NCBI GenBank assembly: GCA_965644295.1
Contig: CBFFRP010000133.1
Coordinates: forward strand, 1 to 64,000
Source: Paraphysomonas bandaiensis
Lineage: Eukaryota > Protista > Chrysophyceae
Direction: 5' to 3'
DNA: 64,000 bases
Position numbers and translations under genes: made by a program
Shown here: piece after piece, positions 63,541 to 64,000 of the stretch
Position numbering within the stretch: the first letter of the stretch is position 1
Layout: every line of letters starts with the position of its first letter
The notes under the pieces: generated by a model
The model's database searches: none
Told to the model about the DNA's origin: nothing
The model's input: the letters and a program-made list of their open reading frames with translations, nothing else

Positions 63541-64000
63541 ATGCCCTATAGGTCTATCGAACCAAGCGAAAACGCCAGTTTATATAAATTGGAGTTTGTA
63601 GCTTTTGAGTGTGCATGTAAGAACACTGCGTATAACACATCGTGGTGATATCCTCGACTAGTGGCACTTTTCCAGGCTTCATAGTAATAGCGTTGTATAT
63701 ATGACTTCATTTGGTTAAGTGTTACCATTGCTGTTTTCGTCATTAGTTAGCGGGTGTCGAATTATTCTTTTTAAAGTAATTTCATTTTCAAGAAATAGTA
63801 TTATAAATATCGATAATATTTCTAAAGACACGACACACTCAGTTTTGAGTTTCGTATAAATCCAATGCCAATAAGAACTAGGGCTGCGTAGCAATTGTAA
63901 CAATTAATTTCAATTAATTTCAATTATTTGTCAAGTATTGAAATTGAAACAGCTAATAATAATTGACAATTAATCGTTACATTGTTACGCAGACTTGATA

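Overview
Eukaryotic nuclear DNA from a compact protist genome. Short (mostly 45-60 nt) GT-AG introns, flagellar genes (CFAP221, RSPH9), P/T-repeat stalk proteins and a bipartite-looking plastid presequence suggest a flagellated stramenopile, probably an ochrophyte; this taxonomy is inference. I model about 20 host protein-coding genes by hand, and they alternate strands almost perfectly (16 of 19 neighbouring pairs are on opposite strands). Every long (TACA)n tract sits at a gene 5' end, usually between head-to-head pairs. Mobile DNA includes a decayed Ty1/copia fragment and a non-autonomous chromodomain Ty3/gypsy element with identical 207-bp LTRs inserted into a (TATG)n tract. One of those LTRs has since been hit by a 220-bp MITE, and there are further hAT-like and Mutator-like MITEs with intact target-site duplications. 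The best novelty candidates are: the microsatellite-anchored bidirectional gene architecture; a divergent pair of Crinkler-type REase+kinase genes, one with (GA)n frameshifting repeats; a secreted tandem 8-Cys peptide precursor; a structured non-coding RNA candidate; a catalytically degenerate heme-oxygenase homolog; a stand-alone triple RPA32-motif protein; and a membrane-tethered BBE/AA7 oxidase. All family calls come from motif recognition, not database searches.
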